DNA from: Candidatus Taylorbacteria bacterium RIFCSPHIGHO2_01_FULL_46_22b
GTDB lineage: Bacteria > Patescibacteriota > Minisyncoccia > Phycocordibacterales > DSPV01
Length of the DNA: 64,000 nucleotides
Reading direction: 5' to 3'
NCBI GenBank assembly: GCA_001820875.1
Contig: MHRF01000013.1
Coordinates: 9,992 to 73,991, forward strand
The number at the start of each line of letters is the position of its first letter. The first letter of the stretch is position 1. Shown one piece after another: positions 8,578 to 17,843 of this stretch. Below the pieces are notes generated by a model. That model had not been told where the DNA came from. It saw nothing but the letters and a program-made list of their open reading frames with translations, and did not search any database. A program made the translations under genes and the position numbers.

Positions 8578-8651
8578 CTGGGCTGAAAAGTAAAAGTCTT
8601 TACTTTTCAGGGGAATTTGAAAATTTGTGGCTGCATAATTTTCCCCAGTGT

Positions 8652-8722
8652 CGGGGTGTAGTATAACGGTAGTATTTGCCCATGGGGTGGGTAAGGCCGG
8701 AGTTCAACTCTCCGCACCCCGA
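8652..8722 (+). tRNA. tRNA-Pro (anticodon GGG)
   Basis: Folded by hand. Acceptor CGGGGTG/CACCCCG (7 bp). D-stem GTAT/GTAT with two G-U pairs and a GG D-loop. Anticodon stem TGCCC/GGGTA with loop ATGGGGT. T-arm CGGAG-TTCAACT-CTCCG. Discriminator A. No encoded CCA. Confidence 0.6.
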
Positions 8723-8746
8723 CTCTGGGCAATAAATTCCCGTAAG

Positions 8747-8771
8747 CGGAGTTCAACTCTCCGCACCCCGA
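8747..8771 (+). repeat. 3-prime fragment copy (T-arm plus acceptor 3-prime strand) of tRNA-Pro, 26 bp downstream of the gene
   Basis: CGGAGTTCAACTCTCCGCACCCCGA duplicates tRNA positions 47 to end. Confidence 0.7.
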
Positions 8772-8833
8772 AAATGTAGGATAATAAAGGTTAAAATAGG
8801 CCAGAAATAAAAGAGTTTAAACCTTGTAACATA

Positions 8834-10387
8834 ATGATTTCAGATAGTTTTAAGAAAGTATTAGATGTGCTTCGGACACATTCAGATACCGCAAGCGAAG
8901 GGGTGGGGGGAGGTCCTCGCGTATCAGTCAATCAAATCACCAAGAAAGTCGGCGTTTTCTACGAAAAGGTTCGTTATTTGGTTGATTACAAAAAAGAGCA
9001 CGCGATCAAGCGCAGCGCAGTTGAACGCATTCTCAAGCGCAAAATTGCAATTGAACAAAGCGGTAAAATCGGTGAATCACTTTTGAATGAACTAGTAACT
9101 GGGGGGTATCTTCCCAACAACGCTGTTTCAGAGAATATGGCGGGGAATATCAATGCGATTGCGGCAAAATACATGAATCTTTCGCATGCGGGTGCACTGA
9201 ATCAAAATATGGCGTTAAGTTTTGCTGCAACCGAAATTGAACGATTGTTATATCCTCGCATTCTTCCGGATTTAATTGCAGATTATTTTTACAATACTAT
9301 TTCACCGCAAGTGAAATATGTAGGCGCGATAGATAGTGCCCGTTTTCAATCTCAAGTATATATTGCATGTCGGAGAAGTTTTTTGGATGACGATGAGGAG
9401 ACCCTACGGTATGTCATGCTCGGCAAATACGTCCCTGAAGTCCTTCCGCACCAAGTTTCAAATGAGGAATTAGTGCCACTTGCGCCGCGCGTAGCAAAAG
9501 CGATTGCGCTGATAGACACCGAGCTCGATAACCCACTTGCATGGCGTATTGCAGTCAAACTTCGCAACCATTCGATTTTTGTTTCGGTTATTGATGAGAT
9601 CGTGCGCCAATACAGTGTGGTGTCTGAAGAAATATTCAATGACCCTGTACGTTTCGAGGAGACAGTTCGGCAGATACTTGCGGAAAAATATAAATTGGAG
9701 CGCTCGAGGGTAAATAAAAGTGGAACGAGAGCTATTATCTACATTTTTATGACAAAGGTTGTTCTTGGCCTTACCTTTGAATTTCCGTACGAGATTTTCT
9801 TTTTCCAGTCTTTAAACTATCTCGCACTCGGAACCAATGTATTTTTCCACCCGCTGCTTCTGTTCGCTATGATTAAATCAGTGCGAGTGCCCGACGAAGA
9901 AAATACGAAGCGTATTGTCACAGGCATTCAGCATATGATTCATGGGGAAAGCACAAAAGATATCTATATCCGCGAGCGAGTACATCACCTACCTCTCCAA
10001 ATTATTTTTGGATTTTTCTACCTTCTCTTGTATGCAATCAGCTTTGGTTTCTTGCTTTCAGTACTGAAGTTCTTAGAATTTAACTTCGTCAGCATTGTCC
10101 TTTTCCTCCTATTCTTGACCTTGGTGAGCTATTTTGGTATTCGCATTCGACACAAGGCGAAGAAATGGCTTGTGGATCGCGAGCATGAAGGGTTTGGGGT
10201 GGTTATTTGGAATTTCCTAACGCTCCCGATTGTTCGCGCTGGAGGATGGATTAATCGCAAGTTCTCCCGCATAAATTTCGCGGTATTCGTACTCGATTTT
10301 ATTATCGAAACACCTTTCAAATTCACTTTAGGTGCGTTTGATTCGTTTGTCTCATTCATTAACGAAAAGAGGGAAGGGCCATACTAA
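8834..10387 (+). CDS. Hypothetical 517-aa protein: soluble N-terminal domain of about 300 aa plus a C-terminal multi-TM domain
   Basis: No recognisable catalytic motif. Hydrophobic helices from about residue 300 (IIYIFMTKVVLGL ... FLLSVLKFLEFNFVSIVLFLLFLTLV). Stop overlaps the next start (TAATGATG). Confidence 0.5.
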   Translation: MISDSFKKVLDVLRTHSDTASEGVGGGPRVSVNQITKKVGVFYEKVRYLVDYKKEHAIKRSAVERILKRKIAIEQSGKIGESLLNELVTGGYLPNNAVSENMAGNINAIAAKYMNLSHAGALNQNMALSFAATEIERLLYPRILPDLIADYFYNTISPQVKYVGAIDSARFQSQVYIACRRSFLDDDEETLRYVMLGKYVPEVLPHQVSNEELVPLAPRVAKAIALIDTELDNPLAWRIAVKLRNHSIFVSVIDEIVRQYSVVSEEIFNDPVRFEETVRQILAEKYKLERSRVNKSGTRAIIYIFMTKVVLGLTFEFPYEIFFFQSLNYLALGTNVFFHPLLLFAMIKSVRVPDEENTKRIVTGIQHMIHGESTKDIYIRERVHHLPLQIIFGFFYLLLYAISFGFLLSVLKFLEFNFVSIVLFLLFLTLVSYFGIRIRHKAKKWLVDREHEGFGVVIWNFLTLPIVRAGGWINRKFSRINFAVFVLDFIIETPFKFTLGAFDSFVSFINEKREGPY

Positions 10388-10680
10388 TGATGTTCAAAAA
10401 TAAGAAGAAAATCCTCTATGTAACGTGTTTTACTTTGCTCGGATATCTTCTTGGCCAGATTATCCATGGATTAATTGAAATTTGGTATATCGGCCTCCTT
10501 ACCGCTGATTTTTCTCGTTTTGGATTCGGACTGTCTTGGGATATGTGGGCTCTTATCCACTATATTCAGGCTGGGATACTCTTTTTAGCCGGTATTCTGC
10601 TTGGTTTTTGGCAGGGGAAGCATTGGTGGAGTCGTTTATATGATGAAGAAGGGAGACGGAAGCTATTTATCCGGAGATAG
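10387..10680 (+). CDS. Small 2-TM membrane protein, translationally coupled to the 8834 gene
   Basis: ILYVTCFTLLGYLLGQIIHGLIEIWYIGLL and ILFLAGILLGFW helices. Confidence 0.4.
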   Translation: MMFKNKKKILYVTCFTLLGYLLGQIIHGLIEIWYIGLLTADFSRFGFGLSWDMWALIHYIQAGILFLAGILLGFWQGKHWWSRLYDEEGRRKLFIRR

Positions 10681-10742
10681 TTTTTCTGTCTAGAGGCAAC
10701 TCAAAGTCTATTTTAACTTTATTTTAAGCCATATTTAGGTGA

Positions 10743-10770
10743 TTGACAAAATCACCTGATATGCTATAAT
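10743..10770 (+). promoter_or_regulatory. Consensus sigma-70 promoter (TTGACA, 16 bp spacer, TATAAT) with a 7-5-7 palindrome GGTGATT-GACAA-AATCACC overlapping the -35
   Basis: Exact -35 and -10 hexamers. Inverted repeat at 10738-10756 is operator-like. Confidence 0.6.
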
Positions 10771-10853
10771 TATATCTAGTCAGGGCTTTCGGGCTCTGGC
10801 TTTTAATTTTGTGGTGTGGTCACCACAAAATTTTCCTAAAGACTCGAACTACT

Positions 10854-11315
10854 ATGATAGTTGAAATTACTTCTAGTCTGATGCTCCTTCTCTCCTCGGG
10901 AATGTTGGGACAGGGAACTACTTCTTCACAAAGTACCGTTCCCAACACAATTTCGTCTCCCAAGATGGTCATTGAAACGATAATTGATACGCGCAACCAA
11001 AAGGATGTTGCAGCATATGTAAAGGAATACTTTGCGGATGCTCCCATCATGATGGAAATCGCTCGTTGCGAATCAACATATCGACAAAGCACGCTTCAGG
11101 GTTCGGTGATACGAGGTCGTGTGAATCCAGCAGACGTTGGAGTCATGCAGATCAACGAATATTACCACGCTGACACAGCGGAGAAATTAGGGATTGACCT
11201 CCACACCCTTGAAGGGAACTTGGCCTACGCTAAGTATCTTTACGAGAAAGAAGGGGTTAGACCTTGGAAATCCTCGCAGAAATGCTGGAGTCCAGCCCTT
11301 GAGAGAAAGGGATAA
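10854..11315 (+). CDS. Secreted SLT/lysozyme-like transglycosylase-domain protein
   Basis: Signal peptide MIVEITSSLMLLLSSGMLG. IARCES...VGVMQINEYYH resembles the ES...GLMQ catalytic region of lytic transglycosylases. Start could alternatively be 10809. Confidence 0.5.
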   Translation: MIVEITSSLMLLLSSGMLGQGTTSSQSTVPNTISSPKMVIETIIDTRNQKDVAAYVKEYFADAPIMMEIARCESTYRQSTLQGSVIRGRVNPADVGVMQINEYYHADTAEKLGIDLHTLEGNLAYAKYLYEKEGVRPWKSSQKCWSPALERKG

Positions 11316-11570
11316 ATAAATCAGACATATACAAAACAACCGCCGGAGAAATCCTGCGGTTGTTTTGTATATTAGTTTTCTGGATCGAGATTTTCTTATT
11401 CAATAGATACTCTCATTGTTGGAGGGAAGAGGTCTTTCGAGCCTAATTTCTGAATACATATATGTCGCACAATATATCTTTTGCGACACTGCCTAGGGCA
11501 AAAAATCGGCCTGTATTTGGCCAACCACTTCCCCGATGTTTTAATGAAATTTAAGGCAACCTCGACGATC

Positions 11571-11822
11571 CTACTCGTTTATGATTCCTGTGGTCGAATC
11601 GAGTGGCACGAGACTATTTCCCCCGTCGCGCTGTATCAAATGCATTAGCGGATTGTAGACATAATTGATAAATCCGTCTTTTATCAATTCCCATGTAAAC
11701 CAGAGATTCTTTTTCAACAAAGGTGTTGTAAAGGCGTTTTGAAGGTCAATTCCGAAGTAACTGACCAATATGATGGCTATCAAGATGAGTATTACGAGCT
11801 GTATGATTCCGCGTTGTCGCAT
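11571..11822 (-). CDS. Small membrane protein, hypothetical
   Basis: One strong TM (IIQLVILILIAIILVSYFGI). Isolated 83-aa ORF. Confidence 0.3.
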   Translation of the reverse strand: MRQRGIIQLVILILIAIILVSYFGIDLQNAFTTPLLKKNLWFTWELIKDGFINYVYNPLMHLIQRDGGNSLVPLDSTTGIINE

Positions 11823-11841
11823 TGATGTACTAAATTATAGA

Positions 11842-13146
11842 TTACTGCGAAATTGGAGGCAAATAAGAAAGTGGATTGAGATAGCCGCGCAAATCTGCAA
11901 TGGGCATGCGATATGTGCCCCCGCAGACTCGGCTTCTGCGATCCGCAATTTGAACGCCTTGAGTTGCGTAGACAGTAAAGTGTAAGTGTGGACCGGTTGA
12001 ATACCCAGTATTACCACTGTAGCCGATGACAGAGCCTGTAGAGACCGAATCTCCGGCAGAGACGCCAATAACTGAAAGGTGTGCATAGAGAGTCGAAAGA
12101 CCGTTGTCGTGCTTAATTAGGACCCATTTGCCGTATGATGCTCCGGCGCAGACAGCATCGGTGTCCCCAGTTCCCGTAACTTCCCCGCTTTTTGCAGATT
12201 TTATGGGAGTGCCAATGGAGGCGCGGAAATCAATTCCATTATGGCCTTGTCCGTTGTATGCTTGCGGATTTGCTTTCGCAAAAGCAGTGTTTCCAAAATA
12301 TTGCGTGACAAATATAGTTTCTAGTGGCCAGTTTAGGGCTCCTGCATGAGCTTCAGGGATTTTTGATGGATCGGTAATCAGACGCAATTCTGATTCAAAG
12401 CTCAATAGCTCGTCCTCGAAAGCATTTTTAAGTGCCGTTTTTTCTTTGAGGAGTTTTTGATAGTTGGCTTCGTTGTTCTTGGTGGTGGCGAGTAGTTTAT
12501 TTTTTTGCTGCGTGTTGTATTCCACAACCTTTTTTTGGTTGGCTAATTGGTTACGCAATTGCGTCAGTTGAGTCTTAATTTTAAGAGATTCAGTCTGCCG
12601 ATCCTCAAGCCCAGTTTTTATCTCGCCCAAACTTGCAATATGAGCATGCAAGCCTTCCTGTATATCTTGGATGACTACTACGTCATTCCATACGGTCGAA
12701 AAATCATCTGCAGCAAGAAATCGTTCGGTAAAGGAAGCCTGATCGTAGCTATCAATGATGCGCAAACCCTGCGCGACAGCCTCTCTTCCTGCATCCATGC
12801 GCGTTTCTTTGTCTTTGATATCAATTGAAAGGGCTTCAAGTTCGTAGCTCGTTTTGCTGATTTTATTTTCTGTTACAGAAATGTCTGCAACAAGTTTTTT
12901 GCGCGTTATATCGAGGCTTTTTATCTCATTTTGCAGACTTTGCTTCTGTGTACCGATTTGTTTGAGTTCTCCTTGGTATTTCTCTATTTCGGCTTCTAGA
13001 TCTGCAATAGATTTTGCTTTACCATCAATCAATGATCGAAGTTCGGTCTCGCGTTCAGGGCTCTGTGCAAATACACTAAGAGGCATTCCTAGGAATACCA
13101 AGATCAGCGTTAATGAGATAACAGGTCGTAGCAATAAAGACTTCAC
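11842..13146 (-). CDS. M23-family peptidoglycan DD-endopeptidase with N-terminal coiled coils (EnvC/NlpD-like)
   Basis: GHNGIDF...YGKWVLIKHDNGLSTLYAHLS...GNTGYSTGPHLHF M23 motifs. Long coiled-coil N-region. Start set at GTG (MKSLLLRPVISLTLILVFLG signal peptide). The longer ATG start would overlap gltX. Confidence 0.8.
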   Translation of the reverse strand: MKSLLLRPVISLTLILVFLGMPLSVFAQSPERETELRSLIDGKAKSIADLEAEIEKYQGELKQIGTQKQSLQNEIKSLDITRKKLVADISVTENKISKTSYELEALSIDIKDKETRMDAGREAVAQGLRIIDSYDQASFTERFLAADDFSTVWNDVVVIQDIQEGLHAHIASLGEIKTGLEDRQTESLKIKTQLTQLRNQLANQKKVVEYNTQQKNKLLATTKNNEANYQKLLKEKTALKNAFEDELLSFESELRLITDPSKIPEAHAGALNWPLETIFVTQYFGNTAFAKANPQAYNGQGHNGIDFRASIGTPIKSAKSGEVTGTGDTDAVCAGASYGKWVLIKHDNGLSTLYAHLSVIGVSAGDSVSTGSVIGYSGNTGYSTGPHLHFTVYATQGVQIADRRSRVCGGTYRMPIADLRGYLNPLSYLPPISQ

Positions 13147-13150
13147 GTGC

Positions 13151-14500
13151 TTATTGTAGCAAATTCGCAGCTGTTTTGAGGCGTGAAATACTTTCGGTAA
13201 TACCAAGTAGGCTTGCGAGGTTGAACGGATCGATAGATTTCTGTTTGCCGGAGAGTGCAAAGCGCATTGGCCACAAGATTTCACCTTTACCTTCTTTTTC
13301 TGCATACGGAAGTATAGCTGACTGCACTTCTTCCATAGATGCGGTCGGCTCGAGTTCTTCCAATAGTTTGACTACATGTAAAAGATGTGTTTTTGTATTT
13401 TGGGGGTCAGGGGACTTCTTCCAGAGAAGTTCAGTTGGGTTGCAGGTGGGAGCATGTGAAAGATACTCAATCCCCTCCTCGATAAGGATTTTTTTGATCT
13501 CACTGAAAACTTGAATTCGATCAGCAAGAATAGTAGCTAAACGCACCTGTTGCCAATCGGCAAGATATTTTGTTAGAGGTTCTTCGTGGAGTATCTGGGT
13601 GACCGTTTCCACCACCTCCCCTTTCGGACGTAGGTGCAGGTACTCTTTGTTCACCCAGTTTAACTTTTCGGGATTAAAAATTGCCCCGCCTTTTTGCACT
13701 CGATCAAGCTTGAATTCTGTTACCAGTTCCTTGAGGGAGAATAATTCGCGATCACTCCCCGGATTCCATCCCAAAAGTGCAAGAAAATTTATAAGCGCCT
13801 CTGGCAAATAGCCTTGCTCTCGATAGAATTTTAGCGAGACGCTTTCCCCGTGCTTACGCTTGGAGAGTTTTGATTTATCAGTCGCCAAAATAAGCGGAAT
13901 GTGTGCGTATAACGGTCGCGGTGCGCCGATCGCTTCTTGGATCAGGATTTGGCGCGGGGTGTTTGATATATGATCCTCGCCGCGAATCACATGCGTGATA
14001 CCCATATCAAAATCATCCGCGACAACTGCAAGATGAAAGAGGGGCTCTGAAAGCGATTTAGCGATTACAAAATCTCCGAGTTCGGTTGTGTCAAATTCGA
14101 TATGGCCTTTGATCAAATCATCAAAAGCAATTTTTCGGTTTGGATTTTTGAAACGGATAACTTCCGCTCGTTGGCCTTCCTCGGTGACTTTTTCTTTCGA
14201 AACGTATGCTAAACCTTTCTCGATAAGTATCGAAAGATATTTCTTGTGATTCTCAATTCTTTCGGATTGAATTACGGTTTCATCAAAAGAAAGTCCGAGC
14301 CATTTAAAGCCTTCAACAATGTCGTCCGCATACTCCTGTTTTGATCGCTCTTTATCTGTATCCTCAACGCGTAAGACAAGTTTACCGTTGTTTTGTTTGG
14401 CAAAAAGATAGTTGAACAGCGCCGAGCGGACGCCACCGACGTGGAGTGGTCCGGTGGGGCTAGGGGCAAATCGGCAGACAATTTTTGATGGTTTAGACAT
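13151..14500 (-). CDS. gltX: Glutamyl-tRNA synthetase
   Basis: RFAPSPTGPLHVGGVRSALFNY (HIGH-class) and KLSKRK (KMSKS). Confidence 0.9.
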   Translation of the reverse strand: MSKPSKIVCRFAPSPTGPLHVGGVRSALFNYLFAKQNNGKLVLRVEDTDKERSKQEYADDIVEGFKWLGLSFDETVIQSERIENHKKYLSILIEKGLAYVSKEKVTEEGQRAEVIRFKNPNRKIAFDDLIKGHIEFDTTELGDFVIAKSLSEPLFHLAVVADDFDMGITHVIRGEDHISNTPRQILIQEAIGAPRPLYAHIPLILATDKSKLSKRKHGESVSLKFYREQGYLPEALINFLALLGWNPGSDRELFSLKELVTEFKLDRVQKGGAIFNPEKLNWVNKEYLHLRPKGEVVETVTQILHEEPLTKYLADWQQVRLATILADRIQVFSEIKKILIEEGIEYLSHAPTCNPTELLWKKSPDPQNTKTHLLHVVKLLEELEPTASMEEVQSAILPYAEKEGKGEILWPMRFALSGKQKSIDPFNLASLLGITESISRLKTAANLLQ

Positions 14501-14506
14501 GATTAA

Positions 14507-15646
14507 TTAATTTTCGTGTTTAAGCGCGATGGCAATAATTCCTCGAGCAACTTTTTCAGCCGCATCTGGTTTGGCAAATTGCTGCGCACCTGCGGACATT
14601 TTTTGCAAAAGTGATTTATCTTCGATTAAACGTTTCAAATCTGCAAATAATATGTGCGGTTTTAAGTTTCCTTCTTCAATCACGACACAGGCCCCGCTTT
14701 TTTCGTATTCTATGGCATTCTTTCTCTGGTGATCGCCATTTGAGTCCGTGATAGGCACAATAATCGAGGGTTTCCCCCAAATTGCGATTTCTGAAATTGC
14801 TCCAGCGCCGGCGCGCGACAGGATGATATCCGCGGCACCTGCAGCCATCTTGAGTGTTTCAGTGTCGAGATATGAGAATGGACGATACCGGTTTTTGAAT
14901 TGATTGTCCTGCAAGGCGACACTTGAAACATTGGAGACCTCTTTAAAGTTGTTTGGACCAGTTTGGTGAATCACTTGAAATTCACGAACAAGTTCATTCA
15001 AAACATCCAAAAGGGTGTTGTTAAGTAGTTGTGCCCCCTGCGATCCCCCGAGTACCAAAAGTGTAGGAACTTTTGCATCAAAGTGTAGGAGTTGGTGCAC
15101 TCCTTCACGTAAGAGCGTTTTGACCTCATTTCTCACTGGATTGCCTGTCCACGCTGTTTTTTTCAGGGGGAAATATTGAACAGCATTGCTGAAGGAAACT
15201 GCAATTCGGGTAGCAAATTTCCCAGCCCACGCATTTGCGCGTCCGGGGACGCTATCCGATTCATGAATAATAAGCGGAATCCGCAGTATCCGCGCGGCAA
15301 GTGTAGCAGGGAAACTTCCATATCCGCCCTTGCTGAATATCACATCAGGATAAATGGCAAAGACGGTAAAAAACGCATGAATAGTTCCCCAGATTGTTTT
15401 AAAGATATCAAAAAAGTTTTGTATCGATACATATCGGCGCAATTTTCCCGCAGGGACTTTTTTGAAGACAATGTCATTGTCAAACAGAGCTTTTTGATCA
15501 TACGGTGCGTCTGACATAAAAAAGAGTTCAGGTGTCACCAGTTTTTCTTCGTGGGTTATTCTGTTCAATTCTTCTGCAACGGCGATCAGAGGATAAAAAT
15601 GACCTCCTGATCCCCCGCCGGTCAATAAAATCTTCATATTCGTCAA
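14507..15646 (-). CDS. murG: UDP-GlcNAc:lipid I N-acetylglucosaminyltransferase MurG
   Basis: MKILLTGGGSGGHFYPLIAVAEEL N-terminus and the GT28 C-terminal domain. Confidence 0.9.
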   Translation of the reverse strand: MTNMKILLTGGGSGGHFYPLIAVAEELNRITHEEKLVTPELFFMSDAPYDQKALFDNDIVFKKVPAGKLRRYVSIQNFFDIFKTIWGTIHAFFTVFAIYPDVIFSKGGYGSFPATLAARILRIPLIIHESDSVPGRANAWAGKFATRIAVSFSNAVQYFPLKKTAWTGNPVRNEVKTLLREGVHQLLHFDAKVPTLLVLGGSQGAQLLNNTLLDVLNELVREFQVIHQTGPNNFKEVSNVSSVALQDNQFKNRYRPFSYLDTETLKMAAGAADIILSRAGAGAISEIAIWGKPSIIVPITDSNGDHQRKNAIEYEKSGACVVIEEGNLKPHILFADLKRLIEDKSLLQKMSAGAQQFAKPDAAEKVARGIIAIALKHEN

Positions 15647-15657
15647 TTATAGCACTA

Positions 15658-16761
15658 TCAAGAAGCTCTTCGAGAAATAGAAAGGAGAATTCCCGCTTCG
15701 CCTAATGTGAAGAGAAGCGCGGTGCCTCCATGGCTGACAAATGGTAGGGTGATGCCCGAAAGCGGGAAAATTCCGATCATGGCTCCGATATTCACGAGTG
15801 CCTGTGAAAGAAACATCACAATGATTCCAATGGCAAGATATCTTCCGAATAAATCTGGCGAGTGGCTTGCGACACGCAAGCCTTGATGTGCGAGTAAAAA
15901 GAAAAGAAGGAGAATCAAAACACTTCCGACAAAACCGAATTCCTCGCTCGCCACTGCATACACGCTATCCCCTATCGGTTCGGGGAGATAGTTGAATTTT
16001 TGAATGCTTTTTCCAAAGCCTCTTCCTAAAAATCCGCCGGAACCGACCGCAATTAGAGATTGCTGAATTTGATATCCGGATCCGAGACTGTCTTCAGTTG
16101 GATTGGCAAACGTATTAATGCGGTCACGCACATAAGGAAATGCAAACGCAAGTGCAGTCAAAAGTCCTGCAGTCAAAAGCCCGAGAAGTAGCAGATGCCT
16201 CAAACGCGCTCCGGCTGCAATGTACATAGCAGTAGCTCCGGCACCGATTACCAGAAACGTATCAATATCAGGTTGTTTGAAAAGTATTGCTCCGGCAAGA
16301 CCCATAATAATCACAAAAGGAAGTAGTCCCCAGCGAATAGTGCTCGCGCGTTGTTTAACAGTTGCAAACCATGCTGCGAGATATATCAGCACACCAATTT
16401 TTAGAAACTCTGAAGGTTGAAATGTGTGCGAGCCAATAGAAATCCAGCGAGTGGCGCCCCCGTGAGAAAATCCAAGATAGGGTATAAAGACAAGTAGAGA
16501 GGCTACCATCGAGGCAATGAGAAGATAAAAGGCCAAACTACGCAGATATTTGTAAGGGACACGTGAAAGTATGAACATCAGGATAAGTCCGGGGATCAAT
16601 CCAAAAATAGTTTGCGTCAAGACAGTGGACTGGAAATTTGCGCCGCTGTCGCGTGCGACGAGTCCAACTGACGCAGAAAGGAAAATAATAAATCCGAAAA
16701 AAGTGAGTGTCAGAAGGATGACGAGCAGCCAACGGTTTACTGGAGCATGCGCGCGTGACAT
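15658..16761 (-). CDS. ftsW: SEDS-family peptidoglycan glycosyltransferase FtsW/RodA
   Basis: Ten-TM SEDS architecture with a conserved C-terminal region (PLPFVSHGGTALL). Confidence 0.85.
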   Translation of the reverse strand: MSRAHAPVNRWLLVILLTLTFFGFIIFLSASVGLVARDSGANFQSTVLTQTIFGLIPGLILMFILSRVPYKYLRSLAFYLLIASMVASLLVFIPYLGFSHGGATRWISIGSHTFQPSEFLKIGVLIYLAAWFATVKQRASTIRWGLLPFVIIMGLAGAILFKQPDIDTFLVIGAGATAMYIAAGARLRHLLLLGLLTAGLLTALAFAFPYVRDRINTFANPTEDSLGSGYQIQQSLIAVGSGGFLGRGFGKSIQKFNYLPEPIGDSVYAVASEEFGFVGSVLILLLFFLLAHQGLRVASHSPDLFGRYLAIGIIVMFLSQALVNIGAMIGIFPLSGITLPFVSHGGTALLFTLGEAGILLSISRRAS

Positions 16762-16765
16762 TTGT

Positions 16766-17836
16766 TTATCCGATAACCCCTATCATCATGCCGATAATCG
16801 CAAAAATAATGCCGATTACCCAGTAACGCATGGTCACTTTATATGCCGGCCAGCCGATTGCTTCAAAATGATGATGTAGAGGCGCCACCAAGAAAACCTT
16901 TTTCTTGCGAAAACGTTTGGAGAGTATCTGGATAATATTTGAGAGTGTGGTTAAAACAAGCGGTAATGCAATAATAGGAAGTACGAATACACCATGTCCT
17001 CCATCAACGGAATCGGTCAGAAATGCGACGACTGCGAGCGTTATGGTCAATGCCATGCTTCCAGTTTCAGACATGTAAAATCGAGCAGGTGGAATATTGA
17101 ACCAGAGAAATGCAAGAATCGCCCCTACCAAGGTCATGCAGAAAGCCGCGAGATCAATTTGCTGTTGGAAGAAGGCAATACCGGCGTAGGCACTGAATAT
17201 TGCTGCGAAGATACCTCCGGCAAGTCCATCAATACCGTCTATGACCCCTCCGGAGTAAATACCTAAAGTGACGAGCAGGAAGAGTGGAATAAAGAGCCAG
17301 CCAAGTTCAAATTCACCGAAAAAAGGTATGCCTACGCTATGCGTTTCCAGTTTGATATAAAACCAGAATGCAACAAGGAGCGAGATTGCAGAGACAATCA
17401 ACAAACGCTTTCTAAGAGAAAGACCTCCGGCAACATGATCTCCTGTTCCCCGTACTTCCATATAATCGTCAATGAGTCCTACAAGTCCCCCGAGAATAAG
17501 TGTGGCGAATGGAAGCCAAGTTTGTCCTCGGCTTAAAAATAATAATTTAGCGGTATCTACAGAGGGTAGGATAATGCTCAACAACAAGAGAAGTGCGACT
17601 GTGAGTATTGGGCTCGCCCAGATCAGTATTCCGCCCATTTTGGGGACGCTTACTTCGCGAACCTCATGGAGTTTATTGAAAATAGGCGTATCGGCTCCAT
17701 CGAGCGTTTTTTTGCCTGCTCGTTTTTTCCACATTTTGTATTTATACAAATAGTGGTTGAGTATCAAAGAGAGCCCGATACCGAAAAAGAAGGAGAGAGT
17801 TGAAGGAATGAATATTTTGAGGACGTCGATAATCAT
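16766..17836 (-). CDS. mraY: Phospho-N-acetylmuramoyl-pentapeptide transferase MraY
   Basis: GT4/MraY motifs (LIDDYMEVRG, NxxNxxDGIDGL). Start at MIIDVLKIFIP inside the longer ORF. Confidence 0.85.
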   Translation of the reverse strand: MIIDVLKIFIPSTLSFFFGIGLSLILNHYLYKYKMWKKRAGKKTLDGADTPIFNKLHEVREVSVPKMGGILIWASPILTVALLLLLSIILPSVDTAKLLFLSRGQTWLPFATLILGGLVGLIDDYMEVRGTGDHVAGGLSLRKRLLIVSAISLLVAFWFYIKLETHSVGIPFFGEFELGWLFIPLFLLVTLGIYSGGVIDGIDGLAGGIFAAIFSAYAGIAFFQQQIDLAAFCMTLVGAILAFLWFNIPPARFYMSETGSMALTITLAVVAFLTDSVDGGHGVFVLPIIALPLVLTTLSNIIQILSKRFRKKKVFLVAPLHHHFEAIGWPAYKVTMRYWVIGIIFAIIGMMIGVIG

Positions 17837-17843
17837 ACCTGTA

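Noticed and set aside
8580-8650. Possible tRNA intron or split tRNA between the tRNA-Pro 5-prime half-copy and the full gene
   Set aside because: The full tRNA is contiguous and folds without an intron. The half-copy is followed by unrelated hairpins, not a 3-prime half.
11842-13305. M23 peptidase ORF extended to an upstream ATG (MQKKKVKVKSC...)
   Set aside because: The extension overlaps the gltX 3-prime end. A GTG start giving a proper signal peptide is preferred.
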